A stretch of 64,000 nt of DNA from an uncultured bacterium (GCA_903851135.1 CAINNK010000045.1:28289-92288); one strand, 5' to 3'; shown: positions 46,503 through 56,407, counted from the stretch's first letter. The notes: generated by a model from the letters alone, not told the origin. Made by a program: numbers and translations.

Positions 46503-47204
46503 ATGCCTAATATTTTTCACGAGTTTATATTGCAAATTAGTGGAGTTGCCAATGATACAGCAATTTCCAGAACTGCGCTTTGGACAGCAGGTCTTTTCGT
46601 GGCAACAATATTACTATGGTGGATCGCTAAGGGTCAATTGAGTGGCATAAATAAAACAACAAAGGCGGACTTCATAAAGAAGTTTACTGATGATTTTTTT
46701 AATGAAACTACGAGAGAAATTATTATGCTTTTCGATTATAAAGCACTAAATTTTAGAAGTTCAGAGATAGAATATGGTAAAGACATTTCGACAAAACCAT
46801 TTCCTTATTTCATGATAGACGAAAATATTGTAAAACAATTAAAAATTGACCTCAAAAAGCGAAAAGGAATATTGGATAAGGAATGCTATTCGTCTTTTGA
46901 AATAGATGATTGCTTACTTGGTTTTTTTGAAGATCTTGGTTCTTATGAGAAAAAAGGATTAATTGATATTGAGGGTGTTTATGATGGATTTGATTGGTAT
47001 ATTGATATTATTTGGAATAATTGTGAAATAAAAAATTATGCAAGGAGTCAAGCTGACGATGAAAAAGATGGTGATGATATTTATGAAAATTTTAAATATA
47101 TTTACGAAAAATGCGATTCATATGGCAAAGCAAAGCTAGCTGGTCAATGGATATGGTGGTGGAAAATAAAATGGTGGATTGATAAAATTTTTTTTAAAAT
47201 ATAG
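46503..47204 (+). CDS. Hypothetical single-pass membrane protein with Trp-rich amphipathic C-terminus, embedded between hsdS and hsdR
   Basis: TM segment LWTAGLFVATILLWWIA. C-terminal 20 aa is QWIWWWKIKWWIDKIFFKI. Starts 2 nt after the hsdS stop. Confidence 0.45.
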   Translation: MPNIFHEFILQISGVANDTAISRTALWTAGLFVATILLWWIAKGQLSGINKTTKADFIKKFTDDFFNETTREIIMLFDYKALNFRSSEIEYGKDISTKPFPYFMIDENIVKQLKIDLKKRKGILDKECYSSFEIDDCLLGFFEDLGSYEKKGLIDIEGVYDGFDWYIDIIWNNCEIKNYARSQADDEKDGDDIYENFKYIYEKCDSYGKAKLAGQWIWWWKIKWWIDKIFFKI

Positions 47205-47215
47205 ACAAAAATAAT

Positions 47216-50089
47216 ATGAAACCAACAGAATCAAAATCAGTCCAAGCTAGAATCATAAAATATGCCACTGAAATTGGCTGGCAATATGTTTCGCGAGAGG
47301 AAGTGGAAAAAAGACGTGCTGGAAATCTGCATTTCATTGATGTTTTTCATGAAGAATTATACAAGAAAAATCCTTGGCTTGCCGCAAGTTCAAAAGGTGG
47401 CAATGTTTATACTTTCCCAAATTTTACTTCAAACATTTCAGGCAATCGTGATTTTCTGCTTTTCCTGCGAGGAAGTAGCACAGCTTTTGATAATGTTGAA
47501 AATAGAGAAAAAAATGTTCAGATCATTGATTTCAAAAATCCGCAAAGAAATGTTTTTGAGATTACCGATGAATTTTCATTTTCAAACGGCAGATACACAA
47601 ACAGACAAGACATTGTTTTCTTGATCAATGGCATTCCGGTTATAATGCTTGAATGTAAAAATCTCACAACGAAAGAAGGAATCGAAAAAGCAATTGATCA
47701 AATCAGGAGATACCACAGAGAATCGCCAGAACTATTGGCAGTTGAACAAAGTTTTCTTGCAAGTGAAGGCATGCGTTTGGAATATGGCGTGACTTGGAGC
47801 ACGGTGCGAAGAAATATTTTTTCATGGAAGGGTGACAAAGTTGGAGAATTGGAAAACAAAGTCAAAACATTTTTTAATATTCCCCATGTTCTCAATTTGA
47901 TTGAGAAATATATTATGTTTATTGAAAAAGATGAACAGTTGGTCAAGCTTGTTTTGCGCGAACATCAAGCCAATGCGGTTGAAGCTGTCTTGGGTCGCGC
48001 ACTTGATGAAAACGCCACGCGTGGGCTAGTTTGGCACACGCAAGGCTCTGGCAAAACATTCACAATGATCAAGACTGCGGAGCTTCTTTTTCGCTCAAAT
48101 GAAGCCGACAAACCGACAGTCATCATGATGCTTGATCGCAATGAACTTGAGGGGCAAATGGAGGCCAATTTGACCGCCACGGGGCTCAAGAATGTTCGCA
48201 AAGCCGGAAGTATTAGTGAGCTCGTGGAAATTTTGCGTTCTGACTATCGTGGTATTGTTATCACGATGATTCACAAATTTCGAGGATTGCCAGCTGATTT
48301 GAATTTGCGCAAAAACATTTTTGTTTTAATTGATGAGGCACATCGCACCACTGGCGGAGATTTGGGAACTTTTGTCATGGCAGCTTTGCCAAATGCTACT
48401 TTCATTGGATACACAGGAACACCAGTTGATAAAATTCAGCATGGCAAAGGAACCTTTAAAACCTTTGGAATTCATGATGCCAAAGGTTATCTGCATAAAT
48501 ATTCTATTTCTGAAAGCATTGAAGATGGCACAACTTTGCCGCTATATTATTCTCTTGCGCCTAATGAAATGTTGGTACCAAAGGAAACATTGGAGCGAGA
48601 ATTTTTGAATTTGGCTGATCAACATGGCATTACGGATATTGAAGAACTTAATGCAATTTTGGAGCGAGCAGTGAACACTAGAAATTTTTTAAAAGGACAG
48701 GGCAGAATTGAAAAGGTTGCCAAATTCGTTGCAGAGCATTTCAAGGAGCATATTGAGCCAATGAATTACAAGGCATTTTTGGTAGCAGTTGATCGTGAAG
48801 CCTGCGCGCTTTATAAAAAAGAACTGGATAAATATTTGCCAACCGAGTGGAGCGAAGTTGTTTATACTGGAAATAATAATGATTCTGAACTACTCAAGGA
48901 ATTCACACATGACGAACAAAAAGAAAAAGAAATTCGTCGTGATTTTGCCAAATTCGGAACAACTCCAAAAATTTTGATTGTCACGGAAAAATTACTGACT
49001 GGCTATGACGCACCAATTTTATATTGCATGTATTTGGACAAACCACTTCGCGATCATACACTCCTACAAACAATCGCACGCGTTAATCGTCCATATGAAA
49101 ATGAGGAAATGAAAATGGTAAAACCTCACGGCTTTGTTTTGGATTTTGTGGGTATTTTCGACAAACTTGAAAAAGCGCTGGCATTTGATAGTGATGAAAT
49201 AAATGCCATCGTCAAAGATTTAGCACTATTGAAAGATCGCTTTGTTAAAAAGTTGACTGTGGATGCCAAACAATATTCTGATTTACTTGTCGGACCATTT
49301 GATGATCGACTTGCTGGAATTTTGATTGAATATTTCCGCGATGAAGAGAAGCGCAAAGAATTTTTTAAACTCTACAATGAAATCGAAATGCTCTATGAGA
49401 TTATTTCACCAGATGCATTTCTTCGTCCATATGTTGATGGATTCACAACGCTTTCAGTCATGTTTCAAGTTATAAGAAATGCATATGCAAAGCAAATTTC
49501 AATTGATCGTGAATTTCAAAGAAAAACAGCTGAATTGGTTCAGGAACATATACAAAGCAGTCCTATAAAATTAGGCGCTGAACTGATTAAACTTGATGAG
49601 AAAGGCATTGAAATTATCAAAGAGAAAAACCAACCCGATGAAGTCAAAATCATCAATCTTATCAAGAGTATTCAAAAACTTGCTGAAGAAAAATCAGGTG
49701 ACCCAGTTCTTATCTCCGTCAAAGAAAGAGCAGAAGATATTATGGACGCTTTTTCAAATCGCCAATTAACCACGCAAGAGGCATTGAAAGCTCTTTTGGA
49801 AGTTGCGGATCAGGAAACAAAAAGAATGCAAGAACAAGAAAAAGAAGGAATTTCTAGCACGGCTTGGTTTATACGCGATGTCTTAACAGCTGAAAATATT
49901 ATTGATCAGGATGCAGTGAAAGACATCGAGTCAATAATTGTTCAATATCCAGAATTTGCTTTCAGCGAAAAATTGACTCGCGATATGCGCAATGATATTT
50001 ATGATCGACTTGATTCACTTGGAATTTCACTTGATGATCAGAAGAAAATTACTGACAAAATTATTGCAACACTAGCACAAACAAAATAA
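47216..50089 (+). CDS. hsdR: Type I RM restriction subunit R (nuclease plus SF2 helicase)
   Basis: N-terminal nuclease motif INGIPVIMLECKN, helicase motif I TQGSGKT, motif II LIDEAHR, plus a C-terminal helical domain. Confidence 0.85.
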   Translation: MKPTESKSVQARIIKYATEIGWQYVSREEVEKRRAGNLHFIDVFHEELYKKNPWLAASSKGGNVYTFPNFTSNISGNRDFLLFLRGSSTAFDNVENREKNVQIIDFKNPQRNVFEITDEFSFSNGRYTNRQDIVFLINGIPVIMLECKNLTTKEGIEKAIDQIRRYHRESPELLAVEQSFLASEGMRLEYGVTWSTVRRNIFSWKGDKVGELENKVKTFFNIPHVLNLIEKYIMFIEKDEQLVKLVLREHQANAVEAVLGRALDENATRGLVWHTQGSGKTFTMIKTAELLFRSNEADKPTVIMMLDRNELEGQMEANLTATGLKNVRKAGSISELVEILRSDYRGIVITMIHKFRGLPADLNLRKNIFVLIDEAHRTTGGDLGTFVMAALPNATFIGYTGTPVDKIQHGKGTFKTFGIHDAKGYLHKYSISESIEDGTTLPLYYSLAPNEMLVPKETLEREFLNLADQHGITDIEELNAILERAVNTRNFLKGQGRIEKVAKFVAEHFKEHIEPMNYKAFLVAVDREACALYKKELDKYLPTEWSEVVYTGNNNDSELLKEFTHDEQKEKEIRRDFAKFGTTPKILIVTEKLLTGYDAPILYCMYLDKPLRDHTLLQTIARVNRPYENEEMKMVKPHGFVLDFVGIFDKLEKALAFDSDEINAIVKDLALLKDRFVKKLTVDAKQYSDLLVGPFDDRLAGILIEYFRDEEKRKEFFKLYNEIEMLYEIISPDAFLRPYVDGFTTLSVMFQVIRNAYAKQISIDREFQRKTAELVQEHIQSSPIKLGAELIKLDEKGIEIIKEKNQPDEVKIINLIKSIQKLAEEKSGDPVLISVKERAEDIMDAFSNRQLTTQEALKALLEVADQETKRMQEQEKEGISSTAWFIRDVLTAENIIDQDAVKDIESIIVQYPEFAFSEKLTRDMRNDIYDRLDSLGISLDDQKKITDKIIATLAQTK

Positions 50090-50412
50090 TGAAAAAACAA
50101 AAAATAAAAACGTGGGAATCAAAAAAGGACTTCAAGGAAGAAGTGTATTTGGTTGCAAATAAAGTCAAAGTTAAAATCAAACAAATCACCATTCGCCCAA
50201 TGACGCGCAAATGGGCTAGTTGTTCAACAACTGGATATTTTTCTTTTAATTTGGAACTTCTAGGAATGGATCGCTCACTTGGCGAATATGTGATTTTACA
50301 TGAACTTTTGCATTATTATGTCCCAAATCATAGTAAACTTTGGAAAAGTTTAATGGAGGCTCATATGCCTGATCATGAAAAAAGAAAAGAGAAATTAAAA
50401 AGTTTGAATTAG
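50089..50412 (+). CDS. DUF45/SprT-like zinc metallopeptidase-motif protein (short form)
   Basis: HELLHYYVPNH (HExxH). Overlaps the hsdR stop. YgjP-like genes commonly trail hsdR. Confidence 0.45.
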   Translation: MKKQKIKTWESKKDFKEEVYLVANKVKVKIKQITIRPMTRKWASCSTTGYFSFNLELLGMDRSLGEYVILHELLHYYVPNHSKLWKSLMEAHMPDHEKRKEKLKSLN

Positions 50413-50441
50413 GTAAATTTGTAAGGGATTTTATGAGTGCG

Positions 50442-51776
50442 CTAAACGACTAAGCTTATCTTTTGATCTTTCAAATATAATTTAGTTTTTAAATATGACA
50501 AAATCTCTCTTTTTTCCTGCATGGTTCCCTCGATCAATACATGCTTGGCATAGTTTTTTAGATCTACTTTCGGGAGTATTACGGTGTCAGCCTTGTCTTG
50601 CCCGAGCATCCTATATGTGAGGTTTTGGTATCGCTCCACCTCTTTTTGCATCTTTTCCCTCGCCCCGATCTTATCAATGGAAACTTTATCTAGTATGCTG
50701 AGTAGCTGATCTAATAAGTCCTCTTCGCGAATGTATGGTTCCTTGCAATCCCTGTTGGCTCCTCGTGTGCAATGGTAGTATACATATCTCCTTACAGTTC
50801 CATTCTTGAATCTTTTGAATTTTTCTTCTGCAGTTATCCCTGAATGGCATGATCCGCATCTGACTATTTTCGTGAAGCTGAATTCTTTAGTTCCTGGTTT
50901 GGATTTTGGTATTCTTGAAATTTGAATTTGAGCTTCTTCAAAAATTTCTTCTGTTAATATTGATTCGTGTTTAGCTTTAAACCAGTTGCCACTTCTTTTG
51001 GGGAATTCAAATTTTCCACAGTAGTATGGATTTGCAAGAATGTTGTAGATGCTGCTAAGCACAATTCTTTTTCCACTCCGAGTTGTGAAATTCATTTCAA
51101 AGCTTAACCATCGAAGTAGCATCCTTCCGCTGTAACCCTGATAGGCAAACTTTTCAAACATTTCTTTTATTATTGGAGCACGCTCAGGATCAAGGTATAT
51201 TTGTTTTTCTCCTTGCACGGATATTCTGTCATTGAGATATCCTAGGGGTGCTTGCCCTGGTCTGATTCCCATGGCGCACTTGGAGCGAAGCCCTCGTTTC
51301 ACGTTGATGCTTCGATTATCATTTTCCAGTTTTGCTTGAGAGCCTAAAATCATCAGGAGAAATTTCTCATTTGGGGAATTGGTGAATACCTGTCCATGCG
51401 TGCGTATTTCAATCAGCGCCCCCTGGTCCATGAGGTCTACAAGAGAGCCTAGATCGCCCGCATTGCGACTCAAGCGATCCGGCGACCATGTAAGGACGCT
51501 ATTGAACATCCCACTGCGGATATCCTTGATTATGCGGTTGAACTCCGGACGCTCCCCGGAAGATTTAGCGCTATGACTTTCTCTGCGAATATCTGTAATA
51601 TTGACGCCATCGCGCTTGGCTTGCTCCAACATTTCATCTACCTGAGAATCGATGGAAAGCGCCTGTTTTTCATCGCTCTCACTCGATTTTCGAGCGTATA
51701 GGCAGCAGCGTATTTCTTGGCTTTTTATGGTCTCCATAGGCTTTATTTTATTGCTTATATCTTCTACAAGCAACAC
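50442..51776 (-). CDS. Large serine recombinase (resolvase catalytic domain plus recombinase domain plus zinc ribbon)
   Basis: N-terminal catalytic region CCLYARKSSESDEKQALSIDSQ (Ser nucleophile context), recombinase domain, C-terminal CGSCH...C zinc ribbon and coiled coil. Confidence 0.7.
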   Translation of the reverse strand: MLLVEDISNKIKPMETIKSQEIRCCLYARKSSESDEKQALSIDSQVDEMLEQAKRDGVNITDIRRESHSAKSSGERPEFNRIIKDIRSGMFNSVLTWSPDRLSRNAGDLGSLVDLMDQGALIEIRTHGQVFTNSPNEKFLLMILGSQAKLENDNRSINVKRGLRSKCAMGIRPGQAPLGYLNDRISVQGEKQIYLDPERAPIIKEMFEKFAYQGYSGRMLLRWLSFEMNFTTRSGKRIVLSSIYNILANPYYCGKFEFPKRSGNWFKAKHESILTEEIFEEAQIQISRIPKSKPGTKEFSFTKIVRCGSCHSGITAEEKFKRFKNGTVRRYVYYHCTRGANRDCKEPYIREEDLLDQLLSILDKVSIDKIGAREKMQKEVERYQNLTYRMLGQDKADTVILPKVDLKNYAKHVLIEGTMQEKREILSYLKTKLYLKDQKISLVV

Positions 51777-51799
51777 AATACCGCTACGGTTGGGGAAGT

Positions 51800-52267
51800 C
51801 TAGGCCTCGGGAGTTGATAACTTTGGCTCCTCGGAATTGTCCTTAGTTATCTCATTTTTTCGATATTTCCCAGTAAATTGTTTTATCGTTGCCCTTAGCT
51901 GGTCAATTAAGTTATTCCTCTCCCCTTTGTAGAGCGCATCAGGCCTATATCTGTATGTATCATGATTATGTGACAAATAAAGTTTTTGCGCTGGCACGCT
52001 TCCTCCGACTGCGCTTTTGATAGTACTTGATTCCACTAAATCGTTGGTAGCTTCTCTGCCTATACTTCTTGCTTCCTCTACTTTTATTGTATACTCCTCA
52101 TTCTTTACCCATCGGGTATAAGTCATTCTACTAATTCCAGCTCTGCTACAAGCGACTCCAATAAGATGAATCTCGCGAAATTTTTCAAGCAAAAGCTCCT
52201 GCTCCTTTTTTTGGCGCATTTCAATAGTATTCTGCCTCTTTGTTTTTTTAACGACAGAATTTTCCAT
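51800..52267 (-). CDS. Hypothetical HTH-containing protein (terminase-small-subunit or transposase-HTH-like)
   Basis: IGVACSRAGISRMTYTRWVKNEE helix-turn-helix. Confidence 0.35.
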   Translation of the reverse strand: MENSVVKKTKRQNTIEMRQKKEQELLLEKFREIHLIGVACSRAGISRMTYTRWVKNEEYTIKVEEARSIGREATNDLVESSTIKSAVGGSVPAQKLYLSHNHDTYRYRPDALYKGERNNLIDQLRATIKQFTGKYRKNEITKDNSEEPKLSTPEA

Positions 52268-52271
52268 AAAA

Positions 52272-53018
52272 TTAATTAACTATTTCGCTCTTTATCCCAG
52301 TCAGTTTCTCAAATCTTGAAATTATTGTATTACAATAACTTTCATCAAGCTCGATCATGTAGCATCTCCGACCAGTCTGCTCGGCTGCTATCAGTGTGCT
52401 ACCAGATCCACCAAATGGATCAAAAATATTTTCGCCTATTTTGCAACTATTGAGAATCATCCTACGTAAAAGCCCGATAGGCTTCATGGTGGGATGTAAA
52501 GTATTTTTTCTTGTTCCGGGATACACCAGTATGCTTTTGTCTTTTGAGCGCATGAATTTATGACTGCCAAACCAGCCATAGGCAATAAGCTCATTTTGTG
52601 GCAAGTAATCTAGCCTCCCAATAATGGAATGCGTTTTTGCCCATACTAATAGCTGTGCGAAATGGCATCCGCAGTCAATCATTCCATCATGGAGTGCGAA
52701 TATTTTTTTGTCGCAGTTGAATATGTACATAGAGTTTTTCTTAGCTAGGTGCGGTTTGAGTATGTTTATCCAGTCGCTGGTGAATTTGCGATATTCTTCG
52801 TCGCTTTGTTCATGGTCGTTTTCAATTGGTTTAAATGTATTTTTATTTCCTGAAAATCCTGAGGTAGTCAATGAAATCGAGTAGGGTGGGTCGCAAAGAA
52901 CGAGATTTATTTTTTCCTCGCCCATCAATTTTTTTACAAGCTCAGGATCGCGGGCGTCGCCCCGAGCAAGGTAGTGATTTCCGAGTTTAATAATTGTTCC
53001 CATTTTTATTTCTTCCAT
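52272..53018 (-). CDS. DNA methyltransferase (N6-adenine/N4-cytosine, DPPY class)
   Basis: LVLCDPPYSI catalytic motif and FDPFGGSGSTLIAAE SAM motif. Start may be the Met at 53003. Confidence 0.75.
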   Translation of the reverse strand: MEEIKMGTIIKLGNHYLARGDARDPELVKKLMGEEKINLVLCDPPYSISLTTSGFSGNKNTFKPIENDHEQSDEEYRKFTSDWINILKPHLAKKNSMYIFNCDKKIFALHDGMIDCGCHFAQLLVWAKTHSIIGRLDYLPQNELIAYGWFGSHKFMRSKDKSILVYPGTRKNTLHPTMKPIGLLRRMILNSCKIGENIFDPFGGSGSTLIAAEQTGRRCYMIELDESYCNTIISRFEKLTGIKSEIVN

Positions 53019-53027
53019 ATTATTTTT

Positions 53028-54329
53028 TTATTTTCTAATTAATTGAGCCTTCTCTCCTGTCAAAGTCTCCCATCTTTTCACAATGAGATCGCAAAAGACA
53101 GGAGAAATTTCCACCGCAAGACATCTGCGTTTCATTTGTTCGCAAGCAATAATAGAGACTCCTGATCCGCAGAACAAATCTAAAATCACGTCATTTATTT
53201 TTGTGCATCTTCTGATTGGTTTTTCTAATAAATCAAGGGGTTTTTCGCAGGGGTGCGTGTAATCTTTTCCGGTCACTCTTTTCGCGATCCATATATCAAG
53301 CATGTCCATAATTTCATCCACCGCATTGTTCCCAGATCCCACAGATTTATTTAAAATCTCATTAAGATTTTTATCTGAATTTGAAAGATAAGGTGAACCT
53401 ATCGTCCCATAGCAACAACTTTCGGTCGCTTTGTTAAAAGCCACGCGAGGAGTCATAGAAAAATTATTCTTAATCCAGATTAAGGTTCTTCTGTTTTTTA
53501 TTCCAAGTTCGCGAAAAATATCCTGAACAACTGAGGTTCCGCACTGATCGCTCCATTCAAAAACGTGTACATCCTCTTTTGCGAGAGTAAGTCCATTGGA
53601 GATTACTTTTTTTAAAAACGCTTTGTAATCTTCTGGCGATCTATTGTCATCAACTTTACCTCCATATTTGCCTGCAGTTGAAATACCGTTATTGTAGTCC
53701 AAGTTAATGTTGTAATTAGCATCTAGATATAGCATGGAAACTTCTTTGGCCTTGGTAAGCTCGGCGACAACGGCAAGATCTGAGGAATCATTGCAGATTA
53801 GGACGTGCCTACCAAGGATATATTTATCTCCGAGTTTTGTTTTTGGCTCAACTATTTTCTTGATTTCACGTTCGACCTGAAATTCATCATCGTTTATTTC
53901 CAGCTCGCTGTCCCAAATGCTAGATAAATCGCCGTCGTCAAAACCAGTCTCTAGAAGAAAAGATGTATCAAATTCTCTTAAAAGCTCATAACTCCAATCG
54001 CCATTTACACGATTCAATCGGAGATTTAAAGCCTTTTCCTTTTCGATGTCTGGAATATTAAGGTAAATAGCTGGAACCCTGGTTATTCCCATTTTCTTGG
54101 CAACGTGAGTTCTAAACGAGCCCCCAATAATTATATTTCTACGACTCTTAGCGCTGTTGAGCAAAACTGGATCAGAAAATCCATGTTCCTCTAGGCTTTT
54201 TCGTAAATTATTTTCGGCAGCTGTGTCCCAATGTCTAGGGTTATAGGATGGGGACTTGATCGTGGTAATATCCACATACTCAATGCGCAAGTCTTCACTT
54301 GCGACTTTTTCTTCTGTGACGTTTGTCAT
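53028..54329 (-). CDS. ParB-like N-terminal domain fused to DNA methyltransferase
   Basis: ParB/Srx-like N-terminus (PRHWD, GGSFRTH) and C-terminal SAM motif LDLFCGSGVSIIACE. Confidence 0.7.
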   Translation of the reverse strand: MTNVTEEKVASEDLRIEYVDITTIKSPSYNPRHWDTAAENNLRKSLEEHGFSDPVLLNSAKSRRNIIIGGSFRTHVAKKMGITRVPAIYLNIPDIEKEKALNLRLNRVNGDWSYELLREFDTSFLLETGFDDGDLSSIWDSELEINDDEFQVEREIKKIVEPKTKLGDKYILGRHVLICNDSSDLAVVAELTKAKEVSMLYLDANYNINLDYNNGISTAGKYGGKVDDNRSPEDYKAFLKKVISNGLTLAKEDVHVFEWSDQCGTSVVQDIFRELGIKNRRTLIWIKNNFSMTPRVAFNKATESCCYGTIGSPYLSNSDKNLNEILNKSVGSGNNAVDEIMDMLDIWIAKRVTGKDYTHPCEKPLDLLEKPIRRCTKINDVILDLFCGSGVSIIACEQMKRRCLAVEISPVFCDLIVKRWETLTGEKAQLIRK

Positions 54330-54436
54330 AGTTTTTTACTTAAAATTAATTAATTGCTTCCGCGCCAAAAAATGGAGACGCTTTTGGCATCTCCATTAAA
54401 TCATGCTATTTTTTTGTACTACACGGTTTTATGACA

Positions 54437-55279
54437 CTATAAAACCGTAAACCTTTTTTGCCTTAAATCCTTCAAATTTCTCTTTATTTTTGGAATCTCA
54501 TTTTCCCTTTTTGCGCTTCCTAAAATTCTTTCGGCTATATCCCTATTGGTTAATTTGTACGATGTATTATCAGCGTAATCGTATTCTATTTCGCCAGATA
54601 ATTTTTCAATCCCTATTCCAGTTTCAATGTTAGCTGTATTTTTGTATGAAGGTAGCTTCTTGCCAAAAATATTATTAACATCTTCCTTAATTAGGCATAG
54701 ATCTCCATCTGTAAGTTTTGTATAAATATGCAAAGTGACAAATTTAGCATCCTGTATTTTGGTTGATGCGTCAGTGACGATGGCATAATTTGATCCTTGC
54801 GAAACCAACTTGTCATAAAAGAGATATTGATGGATAGAAAAAGCGTAGTTAGCTGGCAGATTAAATTTTTTGATAATGTCCTCTTTCCCTTGGGCTAATA
54901 AATTTGCTGGAATTTTGAGGTGTAATTTTTTCAAAAGAGCCATTGCTTCGAAACGTGATATTTTTTTAGCTTTCTGCTTTTCGCTTATATCTCTTAATTC
55001 TTTAATGAAATATCTGTTTTGACTAGCTTCGTCTGATTTTTTTAAAAATTCACCATACCATTTAGCATGGTCTTGATAGGTATTGTCACCAATAAATCCT
55101 TCGGCTGGCATGTCTAATGCAATTCGCAGTTTCTGTATTTCCTTTTTAAATTTAGGATATGAAACAAGAAGACTGAGATTGTCTCTATTTTTAATAATAG
55201 AATCTTGCAAATATGCCGGAATTGATTCTTTCAGTTTGTTGGATTTTTTAGGTTTTCTTACTTTACTTTTGGTTTTCAT
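54437..55279 (-). CDS. Hypothetical protein (280 aa), basic N-terminus
   Basis: ORF with downstream terminator hairpins at 54370-54400 and 54405-54440 on the minus strand. Confidence 0.4.
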   Translation of the reverse strand: MKTKSKVRKPKKSNKLKESIPAYLQDSIIKNRDNLSLLVSYPKFKKEIQKLRIALDMPAEGFIGDNTYQDHAKWYGEFLKKSDEASQNRYFIKELRDISEKQKAKKISRFEAMALLKKLHLKIPANLLAQGKEDIIKKFNLPANYAFSIHQYLFYDKLVSQGSNYAIVTDASTKIQDAKFVTLHIYTKLTDGDLCLIKEDVNNIFGKKLPSYKNTANIETGIGIEKLSGEIEYDYADNTSYKLTNRDIAERILGSAKRENEIPKIKRNLKDLRQKRFTVL

Positions 55280-55308
55280 AGAGGTAGATTGATAATAGGC
55301 TAAAATGG

Positions 55309-56313
55309 ATGAAAAATCAATTTAATAGTATGAGTACAAAAATAAGAATTGGCATAATCATAGGTGCAGGTTTGCTTTTTATTGCAGGCTTATTCATAGT
55401 TTATTGGTTATTTTTTTCTGCGCCTCAATCTCAAGCGGAAAAGAAAGTTTTCATTGTCAGTCGAAATCAAACTGAACTTGAGACTTTGGATAAATTGACA
55501 GCTCAAGGTTTAATAAGAAATGAAAGTGCTTTTAATCTCATCCGTTCTTTTAAACACGGAGATATCGCTCCTGGTGGTTATTACATATATACAAACATGA
55601 ATGCGTGGCAAGTCGCTAATAAGCTTGCAGGCACTCCAGACATGAAATGGGTTGTGATTCCTGAAGGTTGGAGAAAAGAACAAATAGGAGAGCTTTTGGC
55701 AAAAACCTTCAATTGGAACGGCGACGAATTGAATAAGTGGAATACGATTTATACTAAAATGAAAAGTGGTTACACCGAAGGAACATATTTTCCAGACACG
55801 TATCTTATTCCAGTTGATGAAAGCGGATTGGATATGGCCAATCGTATGACAATGAACTTTGATCAAAAATTTGCACCTTATCTTTCTCAGTTTGCTCAGC
55901 AAAATATCAAATGGACAACCGGACTTACTTTGGCATCAATTATTCAGAGGGAGGCAGCAGGATCTGCTGACATGCCTCTCATTGCCGGAATTTTATGGAA
56001 TAGACTTAATCAGGGAATGAACTTGCAAATTGATGCTACTGTTCAGTATGCCAGAGGGAACACAGGTGCGGGATGGTGGGCGCCTATTGCGGCTGATGAC
56101 ATTAAAAATATTGATTCACCCTATAACACATATGAAAATAAGGGATTGCCTCCAACTCCTATCGGTAATCCTGGAATAGCTGCGATAGAAGCCGTTCTTA
56201 ATCCTGCTCAAACTGACTGCCTGTATTATCTCCATGATAGTAATCGCCAAATTCATTGCGCTAAAACTTATGAGGAACATCAGGTAAATATTGATCAATA
56301 TTTGAAAAATTAA
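55309..56313 (+). CDS. mltG: Endolytic murein transglycosylase MltG (YceG-like)
   Basis: N-terminal TM, YceG-like core (WVVIPEGWRKEQIGELL...GLPPTPIGNPG). Confidence 0.7.
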   Translation: MKNQFNSMSTKIRIGIIIGAGLLFIAGLFIVYWLFFSAPQSQAEKKVFIVSRNQTELETLDKLTAQGLIRNESAFNLIRSFKHGDIAPGGYYIYTNMNAWQVANKLAGTPDMKWVVIPEGWRKEQIGELLAKTFNWNGDELNKWNTIYTKMKSGYTEGTYFPDTYLIPVDESGLDMANRMTMNFDQKFAPYLSQFAQQNIKWTTGLTLASIIQREAAGSADMPLIAGILWNRLNQGMNLQIDATVQYARGNTGAGWWAPIAADDIKNIDSPYNTYENKGLPPTPIGNPGIAAIEAVLNPAQTDCLYYLHDSNRQIHCAKTYEEHQVNIDQYLKN

Positions 56314-56407
56314 ATGGAAAAATCTCCAAGATAACTTAAAAAGAAAGCCGAGTTTGTTATTGTAGTATAGCAAAGAGTTGGTTTAATTCATTAAAATTCA
56401 TATATTT

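Larger units (their letters stand above)
50442..55279 (-). mobile_element. Integrative element or prophage remnant (serine recombinase, HTH protein, two methyltransferases, hypothetical)
   Basis: Five co-directional genes of typical mobile-element content. Boundaries and att sites not identified. Confidence 0.4.

Noticed and set aside
42763-55300. tRNA-Trp as attB for the whole RM-plus-recombinase island
   Set aside because: No duplicated tRNA 3' segment was seen at 50413-50441 or 55280-55310, and serine recombinases rarely target tRNAs. Kept only as an inference within the mobile-element finding.
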